A stretch of 49,414 bases of DNA from Pirellulales bacterium (GTDB taxonomy: Bacteria; Planctomycetota; Planctomycetia; Pirellulales; UBA1268). Under the pieces are notes generated by a model. That model worked only from the letters and a program-made list of their open reading frames with translations, searched no databases and was not told the origin of the DNA. Shown piece after piece: positions 38,370-47,954 of this stretch (its first letter is position 1; the number at the start of each line of letters is the position of its first letter). The DNA lies in contig JBIIUP010000001.1 of the NCBI GenBank assembly GCA_044339885.1, positions 1-49,414 of the forward strand. Direction: 5' to 3'. Made by a program: the position numbers and the translations under genes.

Positions 38370-39461
38370 ATGACGTCCTCGTGCATCCCCGCGGCGGGAG
38401 CGTTCCAGGACGCGGCCTTCCGCCGGCTGCCGCTGGCCGTGATGCTCGCCTCCGCGGCGGCGTGCCTGGCCTGGGGGCCGGGCTGGTCGGTGCGGGCGGC
38501 CCCCTGGCCGTGGCTGGCCTCGCTCGCCGTGGTCGGGCTGCCACACGGTGCCGCCGACCTCGCGGTCACGCGGCGGCTGCTGGGGCGGACTGGAGTCCTA
38601 TGGCTCTTCGTCGGTTATACGGCCATCATGCTCCTCGTCGGCGCGGCCTTCGCGACCTGGCCGGCGACCGTGCTCGCCTCGTTCCTCGCGCTGAGCGGCT
38701 GGCATTTTGGCGCCGCGCATGCCGACGGCCAGTCGCCTCCGCTGCGGCGACGCCCCGGCGGGCTGTTCCTGGCGGCCGTCGCGCGAGGCGCCTCCGTGAT
38801 CGGCATGCCGCTGGCGGCGTGGCCGGAGGCGGCGGCCGAAGTCGCCCGGTCGCTGGCGGCCCTCGCCGGGACGGATTGGGTGGCCGATCCGGCCGCGATC
38901 CGCTCGGCCGGCACCGCCTGCGTGGCGGTCGGCGCCGCCTCCCTCGCCGCCGAGGCCTGGTCGACGCGGCAGGATCCCGGCGGGCCGGGCCGCTCGCTGG
39001 CGACGCTCGGCGAACTCGCCGTCTTCGGCGGGCTGGCGGTCGTCGCCGACCCGCTGTTCTCCGTGGGGACGTACTTTCTCTGTTGGCACGCCTGGCGGCA
39101 GATGCGGCTGCTGGCCCCGGTGATCGGCGCGACGCCGATCCAAGACGCCCGGTCGCTCGCCCGGGCCCTCGGCGAGATCCACCTCGCGGCGCTGCCGCTG
39201 CTCGTCCCCACATGGGCGGCCCTCGCCGCCCTCTGGTGGCTCGTGCCGGCCGCCCACTCGACGCGCGGACTGGCCATCCTCTCGCTGGCGGTCTACATCG
39301 TCGTCACGCCGTCGCACGACCTGCTGAGAGACTGGTGGCGGTCCCGGACGACCTCCGACGAGGCCGCCGGCCGCCGCCCACGGCGGCAATCCGCCGGATC
39401 GCACGGCGGCGGCACGCTCCGCCCCCGAGCCGGAGCTACCCAGAAGTCCAGTGCGCCCTAG
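38370..39461 (+). CDS. blh: Brp/Blh family beta-carotene 15,15'-dioxygenase (retinal synthase)
   Basis: Polytopic membrane protein with the spaced His motifs of this family (GLPHGAADL, SGWHFGAAH, CWHAWRQM, TPSHDLL), sited immediately after a rhodopsin gene. Start set at ATG 38370 (GGAGG 8 nt upstream); the ORF track starts at GTG 38361. It has an R/S/G-rich C-terminal tail of about 40 aa. Confidence 0.8.
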   Translation: MTSSCIPAAGAFQDAAFRRLPLAVMLASAAACLAWGPGWSVRAAPWPWLASLAVVGLPHGAADLAVTRRLLGRTGVLWLFVGYTAIMLLVGAAFATWPATVLASFLALSGWHFGAAHADGQSPPLRRRPGGLFLAAVARGASVIGMPLAAWPEAAAEVARSLAALAGTDWVADPAAIRSAGTACVAVGAASLAAEAWSTRQDPGGPGRSLATLGELAVFGGLAVVADPLFSVGTYFLCWHAWRQMRLLAPVIGATPIQDARSLARALGEIHLAALPLLVPTWAALAALWWLVPAAHSTRGLAILSLAVYIVVTPSHDLLRDWWRSRTTSDEAAGRRPRRQSAGSHGGGTLRPRAGATQKSSAP

Positions 39462-39611
39462 CTGGAACAAGTCTGCCGGAGCAGGGATGCGACGACGGCC
39501 CCTCGGTGTTTTCACCGGTCGGCGCAGTGGATAAAGGCCATGGATGGCTTTTTCCACGGGCAGCTAGACTGCCGGCTTTCGCCGGAGGCCCGCACGCCGC
39601 GCGGGCACGCC

Positions 39612-40259
39612 ATGAACGCCCTGAAGGCCCTACTCGACGTCTTCCTGCACCTCGACGAGCATCTGCACGGGATCATCGAGGCCTGGGGGCCTTGGACCTA
39701 CGTCCTGCTCTTCGCCATCATCCTCTGCGAAACGGGCCTGGTGGTGACCCCGTTCCTGCCGGGGGACTCGCTCCTGTTCGCCGCCGGGGCCATGGCGGCG
39801 CTCTACCCCGACGACCTCAACGTCGTCCTCCTCCTGGGGCTGCTCAGCGTGGCCGCGATCCTCGGCGACACGCTCAACTACGCCATCGGCCGCTGGCTCG
39901 GCCCGCGGGCCTTCAAGATCGACCGCTGGTTCCTCAAGCACGAGCACCTCGAGCGGACGCGGGCCTTCTACGAGCGGCACGGCGGCAAGACGATCGTGCT
40001 GGCGAGATTCGTGCCGATCGTCCGCACCTTCGCCCCGTTCGTGGCCGGCGTGGGGAGGATGAACTACCCGCAGTTCCTCTTCTACAACGTGGCGGGCGGG
40101 ATCGCCTGGGTGCTCATCTGCACGCTCGCGGGCTACTTCTTCGGAAACATCCCGGTCGTGAAGGAGAACTTCGAGCTCGTGGTGGTCGGCATCGTGCTGG
40201 TGTCGGTGCTGCCGATCGCCTGGGAAGTCCTCTCCGCCCGGCGCCGCGGCCGCCGGTGA
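39612..40259 (+). CDS. dedA: DedA family membrane protein
   Basis: WTYVLLFAIILCETGLVVTPFLPGDSLLFAAGAMAA ... LGDTLNYAIGRWLG ... HGGKTIVLARFVPIVRTFAPFVAGVGRMNY are classic DedA/SNARE-associated motifs. ORF trimmed to ATG 39612. Confidence 0.9.
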   Translation: MNALKALLDVFLHLDEHLHGIIEAWGPWTYVLLFAIILCETGLVVTPFLPGDSLLFAAGAMAALYPDDLNVVLLLGLLSVAAILGDTLNYAIGRWLGPRAFKIDRWFLKHEHLERTRAFYERHGGKTIVLARFVPIVRTFAPFVAGVGRMNYPQFLFYNVAGGIAWVLICTLAGYFFGNIPVVKENFELVVVGIVLVSVLPIAWEVLSARRRGRR

Positions 40260-40287
40260 ACCGGCCGCGGCCTCCCGCCGGCGTCCG

Positions 40288-43200
40288 CTACCGGAGCCGC
40301 GCCGCCGTCTCGTCGAACACCCGGTCGAATTCGGCGCGGGTCCGCGCCGTGATCGACTGCACTTCCGCCCCGAGGGCATCGGGCGGGTCGTAGCCGAGCA
40401 GCTGCGCCAGCTTCCGCCGCTCGTCCGGCGCCGCGGGGAAGTCGTGGCGGGCCGGCGCGTCGAGGAGCCGCAGGCGGCCCTCGATCGCCCGCAGCGTGCG
40501 GTAGGCCCGCTCGAGGAACGCGAACCGCTCGTCGTCGAGGTGGCCGGCGGCGTGGAGAGCGTGGAGGGCGGCCGACGTCCGCGTCGTCCGCAGCCGCTCG
40601 TCGGCCCCGCCGTGCACGAGCTGGAGCACCTGGGCGATGAACTCGATGTCGACCACGCCGCCGGGACCGCGCTTGAGGTTCGTCGCCTGCGCCCCCTCCT
40701 CCATGCGCCGCCGCATCCGCCGGATCTCCTCCACATGTTCGGCCCGCCAGCCGTGGCCGTAGCTCGCCGCCACGATGATCCGCTCGGCCTCAGCCCGCGC
40801 GGCAGGCGCCGCCACGACGACCCGGGCCTTGAGGAGCGCCTGCCGCTCCCAGACGGCCGCGGGGCCTTCCGGGGCGAAGTAGCGGCCGAACTCGTCGAGC
40901 GAGATCGCCGGCGAGCCGCTGCGGCCCATGGGCCGCAGCCGGGAGTCGAGCTCGTAGAGCCGCCCCTGCGGCCCCAGCCCGTTGCACGCCTTGGCCGCGC
41001 GGAGCGCCAGCTCGCCGAAGAAGTGGGCGTTCGTCGTGCTCCCGGTGTCCCGCGCCCGGCGGCGGTGCGCGCAGACTCCGTCGTGGTCGTAGAGGAAGAC
41101 GACGTCCACGTCGCTGGCGTAGTTCATCTCGCGACCGCCGAACTTCCCCATGGCGAGGACCACGGGCTCCGCCGGCGCGGCCGCCTCCCCGCCGCCGACC
41201 GTCGGCTCGCCGAAGCGGTCGACGAGCGCCGCCCGCTCGGCGGCCACGACCGCCCGCAGGATCGTCTCGGCGATCGCGGTGAGCGCGGCGGTCGTCGTCT
41301 CCGCGTCCTGCTTGCCGAGGATGTCCCGCACGCCGACCCGCAGCTGCTGCGAGGCCTTGAACGCGTGGAGGATCGGCGCGCGGTCGGTGGCCCCGCGGGA
41401 GAGCTCGTCGAGGCCCGCGGCCAGGTCCTGTGGGGTGGGCAGCCGGTCGACGAGCAGGCTGTCGAGCAGCTCGTCGATCATGCCGGGGTTGCCGACGAGG
41501 AGCCGGGCCAGGAACGGGCTCGACGAGCAGAGCCGCACCGTGAGGTCGAGCGACGGGGGATGGAAGCTCAGCAGCTCCCAGAGCACCCCCTTGCCGCCGA
41601 GCGACCCGGCCACGGCGCCGAGGTTCACGAGCGTCGCGTCGGGGTCGGGCGTGCGGCCGATGGCGGCCAGGAGGCGGGGGGCGATCGCGGCGAGGAAGTG
41701 GCGGCAGCGGCGGGAGGAGAGGAAGCGGACCCTCTCCTCGCCGAGGTCGACCAGCGCGCGATGCGCCGCCGTCACGTCGCGGAATCCGTGGCGGGCCAGC
41801 ACCTCCCGCACCCGCTCCGCCGGCGGGTCGGGATCGAGCACGAGGTCGACCTCGGGCTCGGGCCGCTCGTCGTCGGGAAAGGCGTCGTGGAGCAGGTGGT
41901 CGAGGATCCTGCGATTGAGGTCCGTCGCCTCGGCGAGCCTGCGCCGCAGCCGGTCGCGGCCGTCGGGGCCCGTGCCGAAGCCCAGTCGCACGGCCAGCCG
42001 GCCGAGCTCCTCGTCGCCGGCGGGGAGCCGGTGCGTCCGCCGGTCGTAGAGGATCTGGAGGCGGTGTTCGACGGTCCTCAGCAGCGTGGAAGTCCGCTCG
42101 AGGATCTCCCGCTCCTGGTCGGTGAGGCTCCCGGTCTCGGCGAGCCGGCGGATCGCCTCCAGCGTGTTGCCCGTGCGGACCCGGGGCGTGTCCCCGCCGC
42201 CGAGGAGCTGGAGGAACTGGATCGTGAACTCCACGTCGCGGATGCCTCCCCGGCCGTGCTTCACGTCGGACCCGTCGGTGCCCGCGCGGATCGCCTGCTG
42301 CTCGATCCGCCGCTTGAGCGCCTTGATGCCGGCGATGTCGGCCCGCGTCAGCCAGCGCCGGTAGACCCAGGGCTCGAGCTCGGCGAGCAGCCGCCCGCCC
42401 AGCCGCTCGTCGCCGGCGACGCAGCGGGCCTTGATCCACGCCTGCCGCTCCCAGGTTCGGCCCTCGCGGTCGAAGTACTGCAGCATCGCGTCGAGGCCCA
42501 GCGACACGGCGCCGGCGTTGCCGTGCGGGCGCAGCCGCAGGTCGACGCGGTAGGCGGCCGCCAGGTCGGTCGTCTCGGCCAGCAGCCGCACCGTCTCCTG
42601 CACGACCCGCTCGAAGAACTCCTGGTTCGTGCCCGGCTTCGGCCCCTCGACCCGGCCGTCCGCCGAGTGGACGAACACCAGGTCGATGTCGCTGGAATAG
42701 TTGAGCTCGCCCCCCCCGAGCTTCCCCAGCGCGATCGCGGCGATCGTCGCCGGGCCACCCCCCGGCTCCCGCGGGATCCCGCGCCGCTGCCCGACGCCGG
42801 CGAGGGCCGCGGCGAGCGCCGCCTGCACGATGCAGTCGGCAACGTGCGACAGCTGCGCGGCGACGGTCTCCAGCGGCAGCCCGGCCACCACGTCGCCGTA
42901 GGCGATCCGCAGCGTCTGCCGCCGCTTGAACCGCCGCAGGGCCCGCATCACGCCCTCCGGTTCGTGGAGCGGCCCGACCTCCGCGGCGAGCGCGGCGGCC
43001 AGGCTCTCGCGCTTCTCGGGACGGCCCTGCCCCACGCGGACCTGCTCCCACGACTCCGGATCGGCGATGACGATCTCGGCGAGGTACGGGCTGGCGGAGA
43101 AGATCCGCAGGAGCGTCTCCAGGGACCGCGGATCCCGCTCGCAGAGCGTGCCGACGGCCAGCGGGCTGCGGACGGCCCCGACGAAGCGTTCGAGGGCCAC

Positions 43201-43410
43201 CAGCACGCGGTCGGGGTCGCTCGTCTCGGGCAGCAGGGCGGCAAGGCGGCCGCACAGCCCGGACAGCAGGTCGAACGTCAGGCCGTGCTCCGCCAGCCCG
43301 CGGATCGCCCGGCCGGCGGCGGCGGGGTCGGCGAGGCCCGCCGAGCGGCCCCACTCGGCGGCGGCCGCCGCGTCGTCGAGGAGCCGCACGGCGTCGACCG
43401 CCGTCGTCAT
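40288..43410 (-). CDS. glnE: bifunctional glutamine synthetase adenylyltransferase / adenylyl-removing enzyme
   Basis: Two nucleotidyltransferase modules (ALGKLGGGELNYSSDIDLVFVH and AMGKFGGREMNYASDVDVVFLY), each followed by GlnE-type helical domains (RVDLRLRPHG / ELDSRLRPMG). ORF trimmed to ATG 43410. Confidence 0.95.
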   Translation of the reverse strand: MTTAVDAVRLLDDAAAAAEWGRSAGLADPAAAGRAIRGLAEHGLTFDLLSGLCGRLAALLPETSDPDRVLVALERFVGAVRSPLAVGTLCERDPRSLETLLRIFSASPYLAEIVIADPESWEQVRVGQGRPEKRESLAAALAAEVGPLHEPEGVMRALRRFKRRQTLRIAYGDVVAGLPLETVAAQLSHVADCIVQAALAAALAGVGQRRGIPREPGGGPATIAAIALGKLGGGELNYSSDIDLVFVHSADGRVEGPKPGTNQEFFERVVQETVRLLAETTDLAAAYRVDLRLRPHGNAGAVSLGLDAMLQYFDREGRTWERQAWIKARCVAGDERLGGRLLAELEPWVYRRWLTRADIAGIKALKRRIEQQAIRAGTDGSDVKHGRGGIRDVEFTIQFLQLLGGGDTPRVRTGNTLEAIRRLAETGSLTDQEREILERTSTLLRTVEHRLQILYDRRTHRLPAGDEELGRLAVRLGFGTGPDGRDRLRRRLAEATDLNRRILDHLLHDAFPDDERPEPEVDLVLDPDPPAERVREVLARHGFRDVTAAHRALVDLGEERVRFLSSRRCRHFLAAIAPRLLAAIGRTPDPDATLVNLGAVAGSLGGKGVLWELLSFHPPSLDLTVRLCSSSPFLARLLVGNPGMIDELLDSLLVDRLPTPQDLAAGLDELSRGATDRAPILHAFKASQQLRVGVRDILGKQDAETTTAALTAIAETILRAVVAAERAALVDRFGEPTVGGGEAAAPAEPVVLAMGKFGGREMNYASDVDVVFLYDHDGVCAHRRRARDTGSTTNAHFFGELALRAAKACNGLGPQGRLYELDSRLRPMGRSGSPAISLDEFGRYFAPEGPAAVWERQALLKARVVVAAPAARAEAERIIVAASYGHGWRAEHVEEIRRMRRRMEEGAQATNLKRGPGGVVDIEFIAQVLQLVHGGADERLRTTRTSAALHALHAAGHLDDERFAFLERAYRTLRAIEGRLRLLDAPARHDFPAAPDERRKLAQLLGYDPPDALGAEVQSITARTRAEFDRVFDETAARLR

Positions 43411-44900
43411 GGGGCCGGGCCCCGCGGGGACGGCGCGATGTCGTAGAGGTCGGTCGGCTGCTCGCCGGAGAGCCGCAGGTGGTCCAGCGGGACCGCGTCG
43501 TCCAGGCCGTCGGCGACGACGGCCGCGAGCGACCAGGCGCCGGCCGAGAGGATGTCGACGTCGACGAGCCGGCCGACGAGCCGGGTCGGCGCGTCGAAGA
43601 CCACGATCCGATCGCACATCGTGCGGCCGGAGAGCTGGGCGACTCCGTCGGGGCCGGGATCGACCCCCTGCTTCTCGTCCCGGGTGGAGAGCCCCTCGAC
43701 GAGCACCCGCTGCCGGGTGCCGACGAAGCGGAGGTTGCCGGCGAGGCTCACCTCCTCCTGGGCCTCCAGCAGCAGGCGGTTCCGCTCCTTCTTCACCTCC
43801 TCGGGAACGTCGTCCGGTAGCCGCTCGTGGGCCTTGGTGCCGGGCCGCGGGCTGTACTTGAATATGAAGCTGTTCTTGAATCCGGCCGTCCGCACCAGTT
43901 CCAGCGTGGTCGCGAACTCCGCATCGGTCTCGCCGCAGAAGCCGACGATGAAGTCGCTCGTCACGGCGGCCTGGGGCAGCGCCTCGCGGACGCGGCCCAG
44001 CATCTCCATGTATTCGCCGATCGTGTACCCGCGTTTCATCCGCGCGAGCACGGCGTCGGACCCGTGCTGGGCCGGCACGTGGAGGTAGTGGCAGACCTTG
44101 GGCAGGTCGCGGACGGCCGCGATCAGGTCGGTGGTCATGTCCCGCGGGTAGTTCGTCACGAACTTGATCCTGTCGAGCCCCTCCACGGCGTCCAGCCGGG
44201 CGAGCAGGTCGGAGAGCCGGTGCGTCGTGCCGCCGGATGTCCAGCGGTAGGAGTTCACCGTCTGCCCGATGAGCGTGACCTCACGACAGCCCTCGGCCAC
44301 GAGCTTCCGCGCCTCGGCGAGGATCGTGTCGGGGGACCGCGCCTGCTCCGGGCCGCGGACGTGCGGCACGACGCAGAACGCGCAGAACTTGTCGCAGCCG
44401 GTCTGCGTGCGGATGAAGGCCTGGAACGGCGTAGGCCGCATCGCCGGATCGCGGTCGGGGTCGTAGCTCTCGAAGCTCCGCGCGATCGCCTCGCGGCTGG
44501 CCCCCTTGCGGTCGAGGCTCACCTCGATCCGCGGGCCGCCGCCGGCGAGCACGTCGGCGACGAGGGCCGGCACCTGGTGGAGCTGCCCCGGGCCGACGAC
44601 GAGGTCGACCCACGGCGCCCGCTTCCGCACCAGTTCCCGGTCCTTCTGGGCCATGCAGCCGAGCACGCCCACGACGAGCCCGGGACGCTTCGCCTTCTCC
44701 AGCCGGATCCGGCCCAGCGCCGAGTAGATCTTGTCCTCCGCGTGCTGGCGGACGGAGCAGGTGTTGTAGAAGACGGCGTCGGCCTCGGCGTGGCTGGTGG
44801 CGAGGTCCCAGCCCTGCCGGCGCAGGGCGGCCACCACGAGCTCGCTGTCGAGCACGTTCATCTGGCAGCCGACGGTCTCGATCCAGAGTCGCTTGGGCAT
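43407..44900 (-). CDS. miaB: tRNA (N6-isopentenyl adenosine(37)-C2)-methylthiotransferase
   Basis: UPF0004 N-domain cysteines (ETVGCQMN ... YNTCSVR ... GCMAQ), radical-SAM CDKFCAFCVVP, and a C-terminal TRAM domain. Its stop overlaps the glnE start (ATGA). Confidence 0.95.
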   Translation of the reverse strand: MPKRLWIETVGCQMNVLDSELVVAALRRQGWDLATSHAEADAVFYNTCSVRQHAEDKIYSALGRIRLEKAKRPGLVVGVLGCMAQKDRELVRKRAPWVDLVVGPGQLHQVPALVADVLAGGGPRIEVSLDRKGASREAIARSFESYDPDRDPAMRPTPFQAFIRTQTGCDKFCAFCVVPHVRGPEQARSPDTILAEARKLVAEGCREVTLIGQTVNSYRWTSGGTTHRLSDLLARLDAVEGLDRIKFVTNYPRDMTTDLIAAVRDLPKVCHYLHVPAQHGSDAVLARMKRGYTIGEYMEMLGRVREALPQAAVTSDFIVGFCGETDAEFATTLELVRTAGFKNSFIFKYSPRPGTKAHERLPDDVPEEVKKERNRLLLEAQEEVSLAGNLRFVGTRQRVLVEGLSTRDEKQGVDPGPDGVAQLSGRTMCDRIVVFDAPTRLVGRLVDVDILSAGAWSLAAVVADGLDDAVPLDHLRLSGEQPTDLYDIAPSPRGPAP

Positions 44901-44941
44901 CGGAAGGATTCTAATACCTCCGCCGCCGAGCCGGCGGGGCT

Positions 44942-45928
44942 TCAGCCCAGGCGGGCCCCCGGCACCAGCGGGCTGCCGCGGAGGAATTCGCCGCTCGACA
45001 TGCTCCGCCGCCCCTCCGGCACCAGCCGCAGGATCCGCACGGCCGTGCCGTCCCCGCAGGCGACCACGAGCCGGTCATCCGCGGCCTCGACCACGGTGCC
45101 CGGAACGGCCTGCAGGGCGGTCGTCGGCTCCACGACGAGGTCTTCGAGCACGAGCCGCTGCCGCGTGCCGTCGCCGCGGGTGAAGAAGGTCGCGGCCCGG
45201 GGCCAGGGCTCGAGGGCGCGGCGCAGCCGCTCGATCCGCGCCGCCGGCTCCGTCCAGTCGACGATGCCGTCGGCCTTGGCCAGCCGCGGCGCCCGCGTGG
45301 CCCGGGCGGCATCCTGCGGCTCGCCCACCGTGAAGCCCCCGCCGCCGGTCGCGGCCGCACGCAGCCGCTCGATCGCCTCGGGCACGGCCTCCGCGCCGAG
45401 TTCGGCCAGCCGCGGCTCGAGTTCGGCGGCGGTCTCCCGGTGGCCGACCGCCGTGGACCGCGCGAGGATCACGTTGCCGGCGTCGAGCGACGCCGTCATG
45501 TGGATCACGCTCACGCCGCCGAGCGGGTCGCCCTCGCGAATGGTCCACTGCACGGGGGCGGCGCCGCGGTGCCGGGGCAGCAGCGAGCCGTGGAGGTTGA
45601 TCCCGCCGAGCGGGGCGACGGCGAGCAGTTCGGGGGCGAGGATCTGCCCGTAGTCGCAGACGACCAGCAGGTCGGGTGCGGTGGCGGCGATCGCGGCCAC
45701 GGCCCCAGGGTCGTTGACCCGCTCGGGGTCCAGGATCGGCAGCCCGGCCGCGGCGGCCGCCTCGCGGAGCGGATTCCGCGGCGGCCTGCGGCCGGGGGCC
45801 GCGTGATCGGGCCGTGTGACGACCGCGACGACGACGTGCGGACCCGCGGCGACAGCCCGGAACATCGGCACCGCGAACGGGCCGGTGCCCATCACCACGA
45901 TCCGCAGCGGACGCGTCACGCCACGCAC
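44942..45928 (-). CDS. fmt: methionyl-tRNA formyltransferase
   Basis: RIVVMGTGPFAVP ... DLLVVCDYGQIL ... GGINLHGSLLPRHRGAAPVQWTI. GTG start at 45928, or more likely GTG at 45919, which forms a GTGA overlap with the def stop. Confidence 0.93.
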   Translation of the reverse strand: MRGVTRPLRIVVMGTGPFAVPMFRAVAAGPHVVVAVVTRPDHAAPGRRPPRNPLREAAAAAGLPILDPERVNDPGAVAAIAATAPDLLVVCDYGQILAPELLAVAPLGGINLHGSLLPRHRGAAPVQWTIREGDPLGGVSVIHMTASLDAGNVILARSTAVGHRETAAELEPRLAELGAEAVPEAIERLRAAATGGGGFTVGEPQDAARATRAPRLAKADGIVDWTEPAARIERLRRALEPWPRAATFFTRGDGTRQRLVLEDLVVEPTTALQAVPGTVVEAADDRLVVACGDGTAVRILRLVPEGRRSMSSGEFLRGSPLVPGARLG

Positions 45929-46542
45929 CTGGCCGACTCGAGCCGGGCGAGTTCGGCCACGAGCACCTCGGTCGCCGGCACCTCGCCCCGGGACTGCTTG
46001 CCCGCGAAGACCTCCTCGAAGCTCTCGATCGCCCGCCTCGAGGCGAGCGCCGCCGCCTCGGGCAGACGGTCGGTGAACAGCCGCCCCTCGAGATGGTCGA
46101 ACTCGTGCTGGACGACCCGCGCGAGCAGCCCGTCGAGATCGAGGTGGATCGCATCGCCGTCGAGCGTCCAGGCGTCGACCACGATCCGCTCCGGCCGCCG
46201 CACGTCCATCCGCAGGCCCGGCAGGCTCAAGCAGCCCTCCTCCTGCACGGCCGTTCCGCGGGGCCGGCTCAGCGTGGGGTTCACGAACACGAGCTCATCC
46301 CCCTCGCCGCGGCGTCCGGCCACGTTGACGACGAACATCCGGTACGGGAGGGCGACCTGGTTGGCGGCGAGCCCCACGCCCTGGGCCCCGTACATGATGT
46401 CGAACATCCGCGCCGCCGCGTCGCGGACGGCGTCGTCGAGCAGGACGAGCGGCTTCGTCCGCCGCCGCAGCGCCGGGTGCGGGTACTCGACCAGCGCCAG
46501 CGGTCCGATGGTGGCGGCGTCCGGGTGCGATGTCGTCGTCAT
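45916..46542 (-). CDS. def: peptide deformylase
   Basis: Motifs GVGLAANQV, EGCLSLPG and QHEFDHLEG are all present. ORF trimmed to ATG 46542. Confidence 0.93.
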   Translation of the reverse strand: MTTTSHPDAATIGPLALVEYPHPALRRRTKPLVLLDDAVRDAAARMFDIMYGAQGVGLAANQVALPYRMFVVNVAGRRGEGDELVFVNPTLSRPRGTAVQEEGCLSLPGLRMDVRRPERIVVDAWTLDGDAIHLDLDGLLARVVQHEFDHLEGRLFTDRLPEAAALASRRAIESFEEVFAGKQSRGEVPATEVLVAELARLESARCVA

Positions 46543-46715
46543 GTCGTCGTCATCTCGTCGTCGGGGGTCGTCAGGGGTCGGGATGGAAAGCCCTCGGCAC
46601 GCGGGGCAGCGGTCGGCCAGCCGCCGGGGCATCACGGCCATCACGCCTCGGCGGGACACCGTCCCCTGATGATACCGGCAACCGGACGGGGTGCGGCTGG
46701 TACCATGCCGGGGTC

Positions 46716-47276
46716 ATGCACGGGGAACCTTCCGCCGCGAGAGACGCCTCCTGTCAGGCCCCCGGTGCCTGGCGATCACCCGCCGTCTGGCTGGCGACCT
46801 GCGGAGGGATCGGCCGGGCACGGCCGGCGCCCGGAACATGGGGCTCGGTGCCGGGCATCGCGGTGTCGCTGGCGTCCGGCGCGGCCGCGGTCAGGCTGGC
46901 CGGCCTTCTCGGCGGGGGGCCGGCGGCGACGGTCGCGGTCGAAGCCGCCCTGCTGGTGGCCCTGGCCGCCGCCGGCATCCCGATCTGCGCGCGGGCCGCC
47001 CGCCTGCTCGGCCGCGGCAAGGATCCCGGGGCGATCGTGTTCGACGAGATGGCGGCCCTGCCGATGGCGCTGCTGGCGGTGCCACCGGCCGCCCGCTCGG
47101 CGGCCGTCCTCGGGACCGCGTTCGTGCTCTTTCGGTTCTTCGACGTCACGAAGCCGTTCCCGGCGCGGCAGCTCGAGCGGCTGCCGGAGGGCTGGGGCAT
47201 CATGGCCGACGACTGGGCGGCTGCCGGGTGGGCGGCCGCGGTGCTGGCCGCCGTGCGGGCCGCGGGCTGGGTGTAG
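46716..47276 (+). CDS. pgpA: phosphatidylglycerophosphatase A
   Basis: CGGIGRARPAPGTWGSVPG ... GKDPGAIVFDEMAALPMALL ... FRFFDVTKPFPARQLERLPEGWGIMADDWAAAGWA match PgpA hallmarks. Start at ATG 46716 is tentative. Confidence 0.85.
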   Translation: MHGEPSAARDASCQAPGAWRSPAVWLATCGGIGRARPAPGTWGSVPGIAVSLASGAAAVRLAGLLGGGPAATVAVEAALLVALAAAGIPICARAARLLGRGKDPGAIVFDEMAALPMALLAVPPAARSAAVLGTAFVLFRFFDVTKPFPARQLERLPEGWGIMADDWAAAGWAAAVLAAVRAAGWV

Positions 47277-47280
47277 GGCG

Positions 47281-47931
47281 ATGCGGATCCTCCTGGTGGA
47301 TCACGGCTGCAGCGACCATCCGCACACGCGGGTCCACCGGATCCGCGAGGGCCTGGCGGCCGCGGGCATCCGGGCCGCGGTCTGCGGGCCGTCGTCGGTG
47401 TCGTCGCTCGAGGCCCAGTCTCCCGACATGCACGGGATCCACCTGAACGACGTGGCCGCTGCCTCCCGCGGCCTGCTCGCCGCCGTGCGGGACGGGTCGG
47501 CCGCGGCGTTCCTCGCCGCCGTCGCCACCGTGCCGGCCCGCCTGCTCGGACTGGTCCGCGAGACGGCGCGGCAGACGATCGCCGAGGCGACCGACGTCTT
47601 CGATCCCGACGTGATCTTCGTGCTCCACGCCGGCATCCTCACCGACCTGGCCGTCGAGACCGGCGCGCCGACGGTCGTGCACGTGACGGCCGGAGACCTG
47701 GCCGCGGCCGACGCCCGCCCCTCGCTGCGGCGGCTGGTCGCCGGCGCGATCGGGTCCAGCGGCGTCGTCGTGGCCGATGACGAGGAGACCGCGGCGATCG
47801 TGCGGCGGGACTGGCTCGCCGGCGACGCCGACGGTCGCTGCGAGTCCTGGCCGCTCGACCCCGCCGACTCGGCCCCGCAGGTCGCCGCCGCCTGCGGCCG
47901 CGCCCTGGCACGGCGGCTCGGCACGACCTGA
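47281..47931 (+). CDS. hypothetical protein resembling only the N-terminal half of a GT4-type (GT-B) glycosyltransferase
   Basis: MRILLVDHG...RIREGLAAAGIRAAVCGP...DVIFVLHAG...GAPTVVHVTAGDL...SSGVVVADDEETAAIV follows the GT4 N-domain pattern. The ORF stops after 216 aa with no C-terminal nucleotide-sugar domain. Repeat locus C starts about 25 nt after the stop. Confidence 0.45.
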   Translation: MRILLVDHGCSDHPHTRVHRIREGLAAAGIRAAVCGPSSVSSLEAQSPDMHGIHLNDVAAASRGLLAAVRDGSAAAFLAAVATVPARLLGLVRETARQTIAEATDVFDPDVIFVLHAGILTDLAVETGAPTVVHVTAGDLAAADARPSLRRLVAGAIGSSGVVVADDEETAAIVRRDWLAGDADGRCESWPLDPADSAPQVAAACGRALARRLGTT

Positions 47932-47954
47932 CAGCGATTCCGTTCGATCCGCGA

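Noticed and set aside
36121-40259. Calling the tRNA-to-dedA block a mobile genomic island
   Set aside because: There is no integrase, transposase or phage gene, no att-like repeat of the tRNA 3' end seen by eye, and codon usage matches the host. It is kept only as a low-interest hypothesis.
40444-43446. 1000-aa plus-strand ORF, and similar long ORFs at 192..1787, 2673..5405, 16592..19378, 28186..31014, 31992..34325 and 7905..9980
   Set aside because: All are antisense or out of frame relative to genes with unambiguous motifs (glnE, DUF11 protein, pstB/pstA, LysM/channel, glgP, ligA, pstS). All are dominated by R, G, P and A.
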